Positions 54,475-64,000 of a stretch of DNA of 64,000 nucleotides are shown here, one piece after another. The first letter of the stretch is position 1. Each line of letters starts with the position of its first letter. Below the pieces are notes generated by a model, which searched no databases, was not told where the DNA came from, and saw only the letters and a list, made by a program, of their open reading frames with translations. The position numbers and the translations under genes were made by a program. Origin of the DNA: Synechococcus sp. Its GTDB lineage: Bacteria > Cyanobacteriota > Cyanobacteriia > PCC-6307 > Cyanobiaceae. The stretch is taken from positions 1 to 64,000 of the forward strand of contig JBJBDL010000003.1 of assembly GCA_047285305.1 (NCBI GenBank), given 5' to 3'.

Positions 54475-56115
54475 TCAGCGGGGGAAAACCCTCAGGCGTG
54501 ACATTTCAGCCTCACCGAAGACATCACTGCGCAGTCGGTAACGGCGCACAAGGTCGGCCTGCATCCGGAGAACACGCTCACTGCGGGGCAGCAACTCCAC
54601 CGGCCTGCCTTGCGGCATCACCACCTGTTCCACCGCAAGCCGGCATTCCTCGAGAGCAGCCAATTCATCGTCCTGAGAGGCCCGATCCGGCGGAGTGACC
54701 TCTGCGGCTGTTTCGGTGGCCTGACGGCGCAGAAGACGGGCCATGGCACGGGTCACCTGGGGCAGGGTGTCGGACTTGATCACCAGGATCGGGATCCCCA
54801 GATCCCTGACCTGACGGCGCAGTGATGGTTGACGACTTAGGCCCAGCCGAACGCTCAACACCACATCAGCCTCACTCAAGTCCTCCACAACCCGCGCCTT
54901 CCAACCGTGGGAACGGATGGCCTCCTCCACAACACGAGGTGGAACCCCGCAGCAGAGAACCTGCAGATGCTCGGAGCTGGTCTCCGGCGGAGGTGGTTCC
55001 TCTGCCGCACTGGCCCCTCGGGCACTGGCTGCAGGCATGGGCACGGGAGCGGAAACCGGCTGATCCGCAAACGACCGTTGAGACGGAGGCCGCAGCAAAC
55101 CGGAAGCCTGCGGCGGGTCCACCAGCTGAACGCCCCCCTCAGGCGTCAGCTCGCGCTCCTGAACCCTTGGCTTTAAGCCCCGGAGCAATTGATCCACGGT
55201 GGCAGCAACGTCGGTGTGCACGGCCCAGCGCTGCCGGCTGTGCATTTCAACCGCCACCGGAAACGTTGGTTCGGCAGCGCGCTCCAACACCGTTTTCTGA
55301 CTGCGCCGCCGCCGGGCCTCCTCATCCCCGAGGGTGACCGCCTGAATCCCCCCCACCAGATCGCTGAGGGTGGGGTTCTTGATCAGGTTGGCCAAAGCAT
55401 TGCCATGGGCTGTGGCGACGAGCACCACGCCACGTTCAGCGATGGTGCGCGCGGCCTGCGCCTCCAGCTCCGTGCCGATCTCATCGATCACGATGACTTC
55501 GGGCATGTGGTTTTCCACCGCCTCGATCATGGTTTGGTGCTGCAGCTCAGGCCTGGCCACCTGCATGCGGCGGGCCCGACCGATCGCGGGGTGCGGGATG
55601 TCGCCATCACCGGCGATCTCATTGCTCGTGTCGATCACAACAACGCGCCGCTCCAGCTCATCGGCAAGCACCCGGGCGATCTCGCGCAACGCCGTTGTCT
55701 TGCCCACACCCGGGCGCCCCATCAACAACAGGGACTGCCCTCCATCCAGGAGGTCCCGCACCATGGCAACGGTGCCGAACACGGCTCGGCCCACCCGGCA
55801 GGTCAAACCGACCACCTCACCCTGACGGTTGCGAATCGCGCTGATCCGGTGAAGCGTTCGTTCGATTCCCGCCCGGTTGTCGCCACCGAACTGACCGAGC
55901 CTGGCCACCACAGCCGTTAGATCCTCGCGGGACAAAGGCGTGGAACCCAGCGCCAGGGCACGGCCTGGATAACGGGCTTCTGGAACCCGACCCAGATCGA
56001 GCACCACCTCAAGCAACTGCTCTCGCGCTTCTTCCGGCCGCAACTGCTCCTGCACGGCATCCGGCAGGAGCTCGAGAAGGCGATCCAGATCGTCGGTGAC
56101 CCGTTGCGTGCCCAT
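54475..56115 (-). CDS. ycf45: Ycf45-like AAA ATPase (SpoIIIAA-like) with C-terminal R3H-like domain
   Basis: [27 protein letters not shown]. Confidence 0.8.
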   Translation of the reverse strand: MGTQRVTDDLDRLLELLPDAVQEQLRPEEAREQLLEVVLDLGRVPEARYPGRALALGSTPLSREDLTAVVARLGQFGGDNRAGIERTLHRISAIRNRQGEVVGLTCRVGRAVFGTVAMVRDLLDGGQSLLLMGRPGVGKTTALREIARVLADELERRVVVIDTSNEIAGDGDIPHPAIGRARRMQVARPELQHQTMIEAVENHMPEVIVIDEIGTELEAQAARTIAERGVVLVATAHGNALANLIKNPTLSDLVGGIQAVTLGDEEARRRRSQKTVLERAAEPTFPVAVEMHSRQRWAVHTDVAATVDQLLRGLKPRVQERELTPEGGVQLVDPPQASGLLRPPSQRSFADQPVSAPVPMPAASARGASAAEEPPPPETSSEHLQVLCCGVPPRVVEEAIRSHGWKARVVEDLSEADVVLSVRLGLSRQPSLRRQVRDLGIPILVIKSDTLPQVTRAMARLLRRQATETAAEVTPPDRASQDDELAALEECRLAVEQVVMPQGRPVELLPRSERVLRMQADLVRRYRLRSDVFGEAEMSRLRVFPR

Positions 56116-56137
56116 GGGATCTGCGCGTTTCAGCCTT

Positions 56138-57139
56138 CTAGCAAGAGCGCTGCAGCCATGGGGCAACCAATGGACGCGCGAGGGAGAGGGCACGCTGCCA
56201 ACCCTCGGGCCATTGCCACAGAGCAAGACCACGGGTTTGCGCCTCATCCAGCACAGGCATTAGCAAGCGACGGGCCACACCACCAAAGGCGATGCCAGCC
56301 GGCCGCTCCGTCGGACGCAAGAACTCCAGCGTTGCGGCGTTGGTACCACCGGCCAGCTGCAGCGGGCCCGGTGGAGCCAGACTCCGCATGGCACGCCAGA
56401 GCTGAACTGCAGCCCGCGCGGTGCCAGCCCCCACATCGCCGCTCATCGGACGCCCATCCAGCTGCCAGAGGGGTCTGTAACCGGCTTGCCGCAGGCGGGA
56501 GTAGCGACGCCAAAGCAAATCAGCCAACTGATCGGCCTTCACGCCGTGGCCCTCCAAGCCGGAGCTCACAGCCAAGCGCCGCAAGGGAACCTTGTGCTGC
56601 TGAAGGCTTTGGATCAGCGTTGCAAAGCCCTCGTCATGCCCAGATGCGGTGTGAATCTCCACGGCATCGGGCTGAATCGATTGGAGCAGGGAGATCACCT
56701 GCTCGGGCGCCAAGCGGTGGTCGCGCTCCTCGATCAAGCCATGGGGGCAAGCCGGCAGGCAGCGGCCGCAGCCATAGCAACGCTGCTGGTCGACGCCAGC
56801 AGCGGGCGGAATCGCTGCCGCCGGACAGATCCTTTCGCAGGGCCGCGGGCAGTCTGCAGGGCAGCGGCCAGGATCGAACCAGGCCTTGCGGAAGTGAGCA
56901 TCGGTGCCATCGCTGAGGCTCACCATCAGCCAGGGGCGACGCCCTGTTTGCGCCTCAGCCCAGTCCAGGCCGCGACGCGCAGAGAGGACAACCGCTGGAT
57001 CGGCCGCCACATCAACGCAATGAACACCAACAGCCGCAAAGACTGCGGTCAGATCGGCAATGGCCGGCAGATCCTGGTTGCTTGCGCCACAGATCAGCTT
57101 GACCCAGCGGCCCTGAACGAGGGCGTCGTCAGGCGTCAG
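56138..57139 (-). CDS. ldpA: Circadian input 4Fe-4S protein LdpA; start uncertain
   Basis: [26 protein letters not shown] and [22 protein letters not shown]. Confidence 0.88.
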   Translation of the reverse strand: MTPDDALVQGRWVKLICGASNQDLPAIADLTAVFAAVGVHCVDVAADPAVVLSARRGLDWAEAQTGRRPWLMVSLSDGTDAHFRKAWFDPGRCPADCPRPCERICPAAAIPPAAGVDQQRCYGCGRCLPACPHGLIEERDHRLAPEQVISLLQSIQPDAVEIHTASGHDEGFATLIQSLQQHKVPLRRLAVSSGLEGHGVKADQLADLLWRRYSRLRQAGYRPLWQLDGRPMSGDVGAGTARAAVQLWRAMRSLAPPGPLQLAGGTNAATLEFLRPTERPAGIAFGGVARRLLMPVLDEAQTRGLALWQWPEGWQRALSLARPLVAPWLQRSC

Positions 57140-57597
57140 GCCTTCAGATATGTGGTCATCGGTTCCCACTTCAGGCTGCGAGCACCACCCATCTCCACGA
57201 TGATGCGTAAACGCGGTTCGCGCTTGCACAGATCGCAGAGCGAAAGAAGCTCGGAGCGCGAGAGCACCTGGCCTTCCAGCAGCCAGAGAGCCACAGGAGC
57301 ATCACCTTCAAACAAGTCGCCGAGCTGGGGAGCCACCTCCTGCACTTCTCCCACAGCAGCACCACGACCAACACTTTGATGGCCGAGATGGGGCGGACGA
57401 ATGCCGTGCTTCTGGGTGAGAAACACCTCCGGATCACCAAGACCACGGGCCGATGTCATGCGGGTGCTGTAACCGGCGCCGCGCAGACGTCTTAATAAAC
57501 GGGTTTCTGCACCGCCTTCGAGCGGAGCCTGCACCGCCAGACAGCCATTGGCTTCGAGATCACGGCGAAATGCCTGACCGGTGAGAAGCAGAGGCAT
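57136..57597 (-). CDS. ndhN: NAD(P)H-quinone oxidoreductase subunit N
   Basis: [24 protein letters not shown]. Confidence 0.92.
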   Translation of the reverse strand: MPLLLTGQAFRRDLEANGCLAVQAPLEGGAETRLLRRLRGAGYSTRMTSARGLGDPEVFLTQKHGIRPPHLGHQSVGRGAAVGEVQEVAPQLGDLFEGDAPVALWLLEGQVLSRSELLSLCDLCKREPRLRIIVEMGGARSLKWEPMTTYLKA

Positions 57598-57978
57598 GGC
57601 AGCTACAGGGATTGGAAGGGATTCTGGCAGCAGGTAGAGGGATCAGGGGAGATGGAAGGTCGGTGTTGTAGGTTCGTTGTTTGTTCTGTGTTTCTGTGCC
57701 CGTCCGCTAGCCGGGCCTCCAGTCGGCAGAACAGATTCGACGATTGCGTCGAATCCCCAGGCCAGTACGGAAGCTTTCTTCGGAGATCTCCGTCGGGAAA
57801 CTGCAACAGCACATCGTGCAGATGCAAGTCCCAGCCTCGCTGAATCGTTCGCTAGCCCATTCGAATCCACTCCTTCGGGAGTTCCGCTTCGAACCACGTC
57901 TGCGTCCAATCGATCAGCACCTGACCCCATGCGGTTTTCCGCCTGGTGGTTGTCCACGCTGGCGCTTCCTCCCCATCC

Positions 57979-58635
57979 ATGTCCATCGGCATCCTCGGGA
58001 AGAAGCTGGGTATGTCCCAGTTCTTCGACGAGCAGGGCAGAGCTGTTCCGGTCACCTTGATCGAAGCCGGCCCCTGCCGCATCACCCAACTCAAAAACGA
58101 CGACACTGACGGTTATTCCGCAGTGCAGATCGGCTTTGGCGAAACCCGCGAAAAGCTGATCAACAAGCCCGCCCAGGGTCACCTCAGCAAATCCGGTGAG
58201 GGCCTGCTGCGTCATCTGCGCGAATACCGCGTCGACAGCGTTGAAGGTCTCGAACTCGGTGGCGCCATCACCGTCGGCGATTTCGAAGCCGGCCAGAAGG
58301 TGGACGTCAGCGGTGACACCGTCGGCCGCGGCTTCGCCGGCTACCAGAAGCGCCATGGCTTCAGCCGGGGTCCGATGACCCACGGTTCGAAGAACCACCG
58401 CGAGCCCGGTTCGACAGGTGCCGGTACGACCCCAGGCCGCATCTATCCCGGAAAGCGGATGGCCGGTCGCTATGGCGGCAAGAAAATCACCACCCGCGGC
58501 CTGACCATCCTCAAGGTGGACAGCGAGCACAACCTGCTGGTGGTGAAGGGATCCGTGCCCGGCAAGCCTGGTGCGCTGCTCAACATCCGCCCGGCCTTGC
58601 GCGTGGGCGCCAAGCCCGCCAAAGGAGGTAAGTGA
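57979..58635 (+). CDS. rplC: 50S ribosomal protein L3
   Basis: [23 protein letters not shown]. Confidence 0.97.
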   Translation: MSIGILGKKLGMSQFFDEQGRAVPVTLIEAGPCRITQLKNDDTDGYSAVQIGFGETREKLINKPAQGHLSKSGEGLLRHLREYRVDSVEGLELGGAITVGDFEAGQKVDVSGDTVGRGFAGYQKRHGFSRGPMTHGSKNHREPGSTGAGTTPGRIYPGKRMAGRYGGKKITTRGLTILKVDSEHNLLVVKGSVPGKPGALLNIRPALRVGAKPAKGGK

Positions 58636-59270
58636 TGGCCAGTTGTGTCGTTCGTGATTGGCAGGGCAAGGAAGCCGGCAAGGCAACCCTGGACCTGAAG
58701 GTGGCCAAAGAGACCACCGCCGTTGACCTGATGCATCGGGCCGTTCTGCGTCAGCAGGCCCATGCACGCCAAGGAACCGCCAGCACCCTCACCCGCTCAG
58801 AAGTGCGCGGTGGTGGTCGCAAGCCCTACAAACAGAAAGGAACTGGTCGGGCCCGTCAGGGATCGATCCGCACTCCTCTGAAACCCGGCGGCGGCATCAT
58901 CTTTGGACCCAAGCCCCGCACGTACAACCTTGCGATGAACCGCAAGGAGCGTCGTCTGGCCCTGCGCACTGCGCTGATGGCCCGCATTGACGATGTCACC
59001 GTGGTGAAGGACTTCGGTGCTTCGCTGGAGGCCCCCAAGACCCGTGAGATCACAGATGCTCTGGGTCGCCTCGGTGTTGCTGCCGGCTCCAAGGTGCTCA
59101 TCGTTCTGACGAACCCCTCCGATGTTGTGCGCCGTTCCGTGCGCAACCTGGAGAAAGTCAAGTTGATCTCCGCAGATCAACTGAACGTCTTCGACCTGCT
59201 CCACGCCAATGCTCTGGTGCTGGGCGAGGAAGCTCTCGCAACCATCCAGGAGGTCTACGGCGATGACTGA
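58635..59270 (+). CDS. rplD: 50S ribosomal protein L4
   Basis: [19 protein letters not shown]. Confidence 0.97.
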   Translation: MASCVVRDWQGKEAGKATLDLKVAKETTAVDLMHRAVLRQQAHARQGTASTLTRSEVRGGGRKPYKQKGTGRARQGSIRTPLKPGGGIIFGPKPRTYNLAMNRKERRLALRTALMARIDDVTVVKDFGASLEAPKTREITDALGRLGVAAGSKVLIVLTNPSDVVRRSVRNLEKVKLISADQLNVFDLLHANALVLGEEALATIQEVYGDD

Positions 59271-59565
59271 ACGTTTCCAAGGACGCCTGGCGGATGTGAT
59301 CCGCCGTCCCCTGATCACCGAGAAGGCCACCCGCGCCCTCGAAATCAACCAGTACACCTTCGAGGTGGACCACCGCGCCGCAAAGCCCGACATCAAGGCC
59401 GCCATTGAGCAGCTCTTCGATGTGAAGGTCACCGGCATCAGCACCATGAATCCCCCGCGACGCTCCCGTCGCATGGGTCGCTTCGCCGGCAAACGTGCCC
59501 AGGTGAAGAAAGCCGTGGTGCGCCTGGCGGAGGGCAACTCGATCCAACTCTTCCCTGAGTCCTGA
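59263..59565 (+). CDS. rplW: 50S ribosomal protein L23
   Basis: PLITEKA, KKAVVRL. Confidence 0.96.
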   Translation: MTERFQGRLADVIRRPLITEKATRALEINQYTFEVDHRAAKPDIKAAIEQLFDVKVTGISTMNPPRRSRRMGRFAGKRAQVKKAVVRLAEGNSIQLFPES

Positions 59566-59580
59566 GGGGTCTGAATCGTC

Positions 59581-60444
59581 ATGGCAATCCGTAATTTCCG
59601 CCCCTACACCCCCGGTACCCGCACCCGGGTGGTCACTGATTTCAGTGAGATCACTAGCCGCAAGCCGGAGCGGACCCTGGTGGTGGCCAAACACCGCCGC
59701 AAGGGCCGCAACAACCGCGGTGTGATCACCTGCCGCCACCGCGGTGGTGGCCACAAGCGCCTCTATCGCGTGGTGGATTTCCGTCGCAACAAGCACGGTG
59801 TCCCCGCCAAGGTGGCCGCGATTCACTACGACCCGCACCGCAACGCGCGTCTGGCACTGCTCTTCTACGCCGATGGCGAGAAGCGCTACATCCTTGCTCC
59901 TGCAGGAGTTCAGGTGGGCCAAACCGTGGTCTCCGGCCCTGATGCCCCGATCGAAAACGGCAATGCCATGCCGTTGTCCTCGGTGCCCCTCGGTTCGGCG
60001 GTTCACTGCGTTGAGCTCTACGCCGGTCGTGGTGGCCAGATGGTCCGTACCGCTGGTGCCAGTGCCCAGGTGATGGCGAAAGAAGGCGACTACGTCGCTC
60101 TGAAGCTGCCCTCCACCGAGGTTCGCCTGGTTCGCCGCGAGTGCTACGCCACCCTCGGCGAGGTCGGTAACTCCGAGATGCGCAACACCAGCCTGGGTAA
60201 GGCCGGTCGTCGCCGCTGGCTCGGTCGCCGTCCTCAGGTTCGAGGCAGTGTGATGAACCCCTGCGACCACCCCCACGGTGGTGGTGAGGGTCGTGCACCG
60301 ATCGGCCGTTCCGGCCCGGTGACCCCCTGGGGCAAACCCGCCCTCGGTCTCAAGACCCGCAAGCGGAACAAACCCAGCAACCAATACGTGCTCCGGAAGC
60401 GTCGCAAGACCTCCAAGCGGAGCCGTGGCGGACGCGATTCCTGA
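59581..60444 (+). CDS. rplB: 50S ribosomal protein L2
   Basis: [17 protein letters not shown]. Confidence 0.98.
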   Translation: MAIRNFRPYTPGTRTRVVTDFSEITSRKPERTLVVAKHRRKGRNNRGVITCRHRGGGHKRLYRVVDFRRNKHGVPAKVAAIHYDPHRNARLALLFYADGEKRYILAPAGVQVGQTVVSGPDAPIENGNAMPLSSVPLGSAVHCVELYAGRGGQMVRTAGASAQVMAKEGDYVALKLPSTEVRLVRRECYATLGEVGNSEMRNTSLGKAGRRRWLGRRPQVRGSVMNPCDHPHGGGEGRAPIGRSGPVTPWGKPALGLKTRKRNKPSNQYVLRKRRKTSKRSRGGRDS

Positions 60445-60479
60445 TGCAAACCATCACTTATCCGCTTGCTTAAACCGTT

Positions 60480-60755
60480 ATGGGACGTTCACTCAAAAAA
60501 GGTCCGTTTATTGCCGACAGCCTGCTTCGCAAGGTTGAAAAGCAGAACGACAACGACGACAAGTCTGTGATCAAGACCTGGTCACGGGCCTCCACGATCC
60601 TGCCGATGATGATCGGCCACACGATCGCGGTTCACAACGGCCGCACCCATGTGCCGGTGTTCATCACCGAGCAGATGGTGGGCCACAAGCTGGGAGAGTT
60701 CGCTCCCACCCGCACCTTCAAGGGCCACATCAGAGACAAGAAAGGAGGCCGCTAA
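60480..60755 (+). CDS. rpsS: 30S ribosomal protein S19
   Basis: [19 protein letters not shown]. Confidence 0.98.
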   Translation: MGRSLKKGPFIADSLLRKVEKQNDNDDKSVIKTWSRASTILPMMIGHTIAVHNGRTHVPVFITEQMVGHKLGEFAPTRTFKGHIRDKKGGR

Positions 60756-60758
60756 ACC

Positions 60759-61124
60759 ATGACATCGTCAACCCAAACGGCACCCACCGCCCAGGCTCAC
60801 GGTCGCTTCATCCGAGGCTCCGTGTCGAAGGTGCGCCGTGTGCTCGACCAAATCCGTGGCCGCACCTATCGCGACGCGCTGATCATGCTCGAGTTCATGC
60901 CCTACCGCTCCACCGGCCCGATCACCAAGGTGCTCCGGTCTGCGGTGGCCAACGCTGAGCACAACCTCGGTCTCGACCCCTCATCTCTGGTGATCTCGAG
61001 CGCGACCGCTGACATGGGCCCCTCCATGAAGCGCTATCGCCCCCGCGCCCAGGGCCGGGCTTACCAGATCAAGAAACAGACCTGCCACATCAGCATTGCT
61101 GTGGCGGCTCAGACCGATTCCTGA
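60759..61124 (+). CDS. rplV: 50S ribosomal protein L22
   Basis: [16 protein letters not shown]. Confidence 0.97.
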   Translation: MTSSTQTAPTAQAHGRFIRGSVSKVRRVLDQIRGRTYRDALIMLEFMPYRSTGPITKVLRSAVANAEHNLGLDPSSLVISSATADMGPSMKRYRPRAQGRAYQIKKQTCHISIAVAAQTDS

Positions 61125-61144
61125 CCCCCGAGGACTCTGACCCA

Positions 61145-61873
61145 ATGGGACACAAAATCAACCCAACCGGTCTGCGCCTGGGGATCACCCAGGAACACCG
61201 GTCACGCTGGTACGCCTCCAGCAAGAACTATCCGGCCCTCCTCCAGGAGGACGACCGGATTCGCAAGTTCATCCACAAGAAGTACGGCTCCGCCGGCATC
61301 AGCGATGTGCTGATCGCCCGCAAGGCCGATCAACTGGAAGTTGAACTCAAGACCGCACGCCCCGGCGTGCTGGTCGGCCGTCAAGGCAGCGGCATCGAAG
61401 AGCTTCGCTCCGGCATTCAGAAGACCATCGGCGACTCCAGTCGTCAGGTGCGGATCAATGTTGTCGAGGTCGAACGCGTCGACGGTGATGCCTTCCTCCT
61501 TGCCGAGTACATCGCCCAGCAGCTGGAGAAGCGTGTGGCCTTCCGCCGCACCATCCGCATGGCTGTGCAGCGCGCTCAGCGTGCCGGCGTTCTGGGTCTG
61601 AAGATCCAGGTCTCCGGTCGCCTGAACGGTGCTGAGATCGCCCGGACGGAATGGACCCGCGAGGGTCGGGTGCCCCTGCACACCCTGCGTGCCGACATCG
61701 ACTACGCCACCAAGGTGGCCAGCACGACCTACGGCGTGCTCGGCATCAAGGTTTGGGTGTTCAAGGGCGAAGTGCTGAGCGAACAGGCTCAGCCCATGCC
61801 GGTGGGTGCTGCCCCCCGGCGCCGGGCCAGCCGTCGGCCCCAACAGTTCGAAGACCGCTCAAACGAGGGTTGA
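61145..61873 (+). CDS. rpsC: 30S ribosomal protein S3
   Basis: [27 protein letters not shown]. Confidence 0.98.
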   Translation: MGHKINPTGLRLGITQEHRSRWYASSKNYPALLQEDDRIRKFIHKKYGSAGISDVLIARKADQLEVELKTARPGVLVGRQGSGIEELRSGIQKTIGDSSRQVRINVVEVERVDGDAFLLAEYIAQQLEKRVAFRRTIRMAVQRAQRAGVLGLKIQVSGRLNGAEIARTEWTREGRVPLHTLRADIDYATKVASTTYGVLGIKVWVFKGEVLSEQAQPMPVGAAPRRRASRRPQQFEDRSNEG

Positions 61874-61889
61874 ACAGGAGGCCTGAACC

Positions 61890-62366
61890 ATGCTGAGTCC
61901 AAAACGCGTCAAATTCCGTAAGCAGCAGCGAGGCCGCATGCGCGGCGTCGCCACCCGGGGCAACACCATTGCCTTCGGACAATTCGCGCTGCAGGCACAG
62001 GAATGTGGCTGGATCACCTCGCGCCAGATCGAGGCCAGCCGTCGTGCCATGACCCGCTACGTCAAGCGTGGCGGAAAAATCTGGATCCGGATCTTCCCCG
62101 ACAAGCCGGTCACCATGCGCGCTGCCGAAACCCGGATGGGTTCCGGTAAGGGCAACCCAGAATTCTGGGTGGCGGTGATCAAGCCCGGCCGGATCCTGTT
62201 CGAGATGGGCGGTGATGAAATCACCCCCGAAATCGCCAAGGAAGCCATGCGCCTCGCGCAGTACAAGCTTCCCGTGAAGACCAAGTTCATCCAACTGGAT
62301 GAGCAGGAGAAGTCAGCTGGTGCCAAGGCTCCGGCAGCTTCTGAAGCCGTCACCGTGGAGTCCTGA
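61890..62366 (+). CDS. rplP: 50S ribosomal protein L16
   Basis: [18 protein letters not shown]. Confidence 0.98.
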   Translation: MLSPKRVKFRKQQRGRMRGVATRGNTIAFGQFALQAQECGWITSRQIEASRRAMTRYVKRGGKIWIRIFPDKPVTMRAAETRMGSGKGNPEFWVAVIKPGRILFEMGGDEITPEIAKEAMRLAQYKLPVKTKFIQLDEQEKSAGAKAPAASEAVTVES

Positions 62367-62368
62367 CC

Positions 62369-62578
62369 ATGGCCCGTCCCAACGCCGCCGATGTGCGCAG
62401 CCTGTCCGATTCGGACATCAACGAACAGATCGACGGCCTGCGCCGCGAGCTGTTCCAACTCCGTTTCCAGCAGGCCACGCGCCAGCTCGCTAACACGCAC
62501 CGTTTCAAAGAGGTCCGCATCAAGCTGGCCCAGCTGCTGACGGTGCAGTCGGAGCGCCAGCGCTCCACCGCCTCCTGA
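62369..62578 (+). CDS. rpmC: 50S ribosomal protein L29
   Basis: [11 protein letters not shown]; operon position. Confidence 0.95.
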   Translation: MARPNAADVRSLSDSDINEQIDGLRRELFQLRFQQATRQLANTHRFKEVRIKLAQLLTVQSERQRSTAS

Positions 62579-62595
62579 TCCCCCACTCCGTAACC

Positions 62596-62892
62596 ATGGC
62601 AGTCAAGGAAAGGATCGGCACCGTCGTCAGCGACAAGATGGAAAAAACGGTGGTGGTCGCGGTGGAAAGCCGCTTCCCACACCCCATCTATCAAAAGACG
62701 GTCAGCCGTACCACCCGTTACAAGGCTCACGACGAAGACAACACCTGTCGCGTCGGTGACCGCGTTCGCATCACTGAAACCCGTCCGATGAGCCGCCAAA
62801 AGCGGTGGGCCATCGCCGAGGTTCTCAGCCACAGCCCGAAAGCTGCAGCTGAGGAAGCCAACAAGGCTGAAGCTCAGGAGGTGAAGCAGTGA
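62596..62892 (+). CDS. rpsQ: 30S ribosomal protein S17
   Basis: [17 protein letters not shown]. Confidence 0.97.
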   Translation: MAVKERIGTVVSDKMEKTVVVAVESRFPHPIYQKTVSRTTRYKAHDEDNTCRVGDRVRITETRPMSRQKRWAIAEVLSHSPKAAAEEANKAEAQEVKQ

Positions 62893-63254
62893 TCCAGCAG
62901 GAGTCCTATCTCACCGTTGCCGACAACAGCGGCGCCAAGCGCATTCAGTGCATTCGCGTCCTCGGCACCAACCGTCGCTATGCCCACGTGGGCGACGTGA
63001 TCGTTGCCGCCGTGAAGGATGCCGCCCCCAACATGGGCGTCAAAAAGTCCGACGTGGTGAAGGCCGTTGTGGTGCGCACCAAAGCCACCATGCGTCGTGA
63101 AACCGGAAACTCGATCCGTTTCGACGACAACGCCGCCGTCATCATCAACGACGACAAAAACCCGAAAGGCACCCGCGTCTTCGGACCGGTGGCCCGTGAG
63201 CTGCGTGAGCGCAGCTTCACCAAAATCGTGTCCCTCGCTCCGGAGGTGATCTGA
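62889..63254 (+). CDS. rplN: 50S ribosomal protein L14
   Basis: [22 protein letters not shown]. Confidence 0.98.
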   Translation: MIQQESYLTVADNSGAKRIQCIRVLGTNRRYAHVGDVIVAAVKDAAPNMGVKKSDVVKAVVVRTKATMRRETGNSIRFDDNAAVIINDDKNPKGTRVFGPVARELRERSFTKIVSLAPEVI

Positions 63255-63256
63255 CC

Positions 63257-63613
63257 ATGGCGACTGCAACCACCAAGGCCAAGGCCACCGAGCGCATCAA
63301 GATGCGCATCCGCAAAGGCGACACCGTTCAGGTGATCGCCGGCAAGGACAAGGGCAAAACCGGTGCCGTTCTGCGCACCCTGCCCAACGAAAACCGTGTC
63401 GTCGTGGAGGGCGTGAACATGCGCACCCGCCACGAAAAGCCCACCCAGGAGGGCGAGACCGGCCGCATCGTGACGGAGGAAGCATCCCTGCATGCCTCCA
63501 ACGTGATGCTGTATTCCACCGACAAAAAGGTGGCCAGCCGCGTTGAAATCGTCGTCGAGAAGGACGGCACCAAGAAGCGCCGGCTGAAGAAAACCGGTGA
63601 AGTCCTCGACTGA
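63257..63613 (+). CDS. rplX: 50S ribosomal protein L24
   Basis: [18 protein letters not shown] motif. Confidence 0.97.
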   Translation: MATATTKAKATERIKMRIRKGDTVQVIAGKDKGKTGAVLRTLPNENRVVVEGVNMRTRHEKPTQEGETGRIVTEEASLHASNVMLYSTDKKVASRVEIVVEKDGTKKRRLKKTGEVLD

Positions 63614-63653
63614 TCCCGACTTCTGACCACGCCCAGAAGCACCCCAACCCGTT

Positions 63654-64000
63654 ATGTCACTCAAGAAGCGCTACCGGGAGACCATCCAGCCCAAGCTGCA
63701 GAAGGATCTCTCCCTCACCAACATCCATGAAGTCCCCAAGGTGGTGAAAGTCACCGTCAACCGGGGGCTCGGCGAAGCCGCCGCCAATGCCAAGTCCCTC
63801 GAGGCTTCGGTGAATGAGCTGGCGCAGATCACCGGCCAGAAGGTCGTTGTGACCCGTGCCAAAAAAGCCATCGCCGGCTTCAAGATTCGGCAAGGCATGC
63901 CGATCGGCTGTGCCGTCACCCTCCGTGGTGATCGGATGTATGCCTTCCTCGAGCGCCTGATCAACCTGGCGCTGCCCCGCATCCGCGACTTCCGCGGGGT
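63654..64000 (+). CDS. rplE: 50S ribosomal protein L5, 3'-truncated by the window edge
   Basis: MSLKKRY...[14 protein letters not shown]...ITGQK...LPRIRDFRG read from ATG 63654. Confidence 0.96.
   Translation, partial: MSLKKRYRETIQPKLQKDLSLTNIHEVPKVVKVTVNRGLGEAAANAKSLEASVNELAQITGQKVVVTRAKKAIAGFKIRQGMPIGCAVTLRGDRMYAFLERLINLALPRIRDFRG

Overview
Chromosomal window of a marine Synechococcus (subcluster 5.1-type gene order; the lineage is an inference). Bases 1-19.3 kb are the 3' part of the phycobilisome rod region: mpeQ (5'-truncated)-mpeBA-mpeC-mpeU, then an AT-rich insert fciA-fciB-mpeW-unk10, then cpeZ-cpeY-unk11-unk12-cpeBA-unk13-cpeU-pebAB-rpcBA-rpcT-rpcE-rpcF-ptp. The insert is the type IV chromatic acclimation island in configuration B (CA4-B, pigment type 3dB genotype). 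This is a described system, and the diagnostic residues are visible (MpeQ DYVTHYY vs MpeW DYGVHYQ). The most novel-looking signal is a 17-bp motif, CTGATAAGA-N3-GGATA. It occurs as a 21-bp-period direct repeat directly before unk10 (in the mpeW/unk10 divergent spacer) and once upstream of fciAB, matches AraC/XylS operator geometry, and is a candidate FciA/FciB binding site. The rest (19.3-64 kb) is GC-rich core genome: panC-cmk, rlpA, purM, pex, hemF, rodA, psaD, trpE, gshA, ppc, recF, speD, larE, cobO, moeB, crtD, recA, ldpA, ndhN, three tRNAs and the rplC-rplE ribosomal protein operon. Side observations there include several genes that seem to need non-canonical start codons and a structured rplC leader. 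All calls come from reading the sequence; no searches were run.
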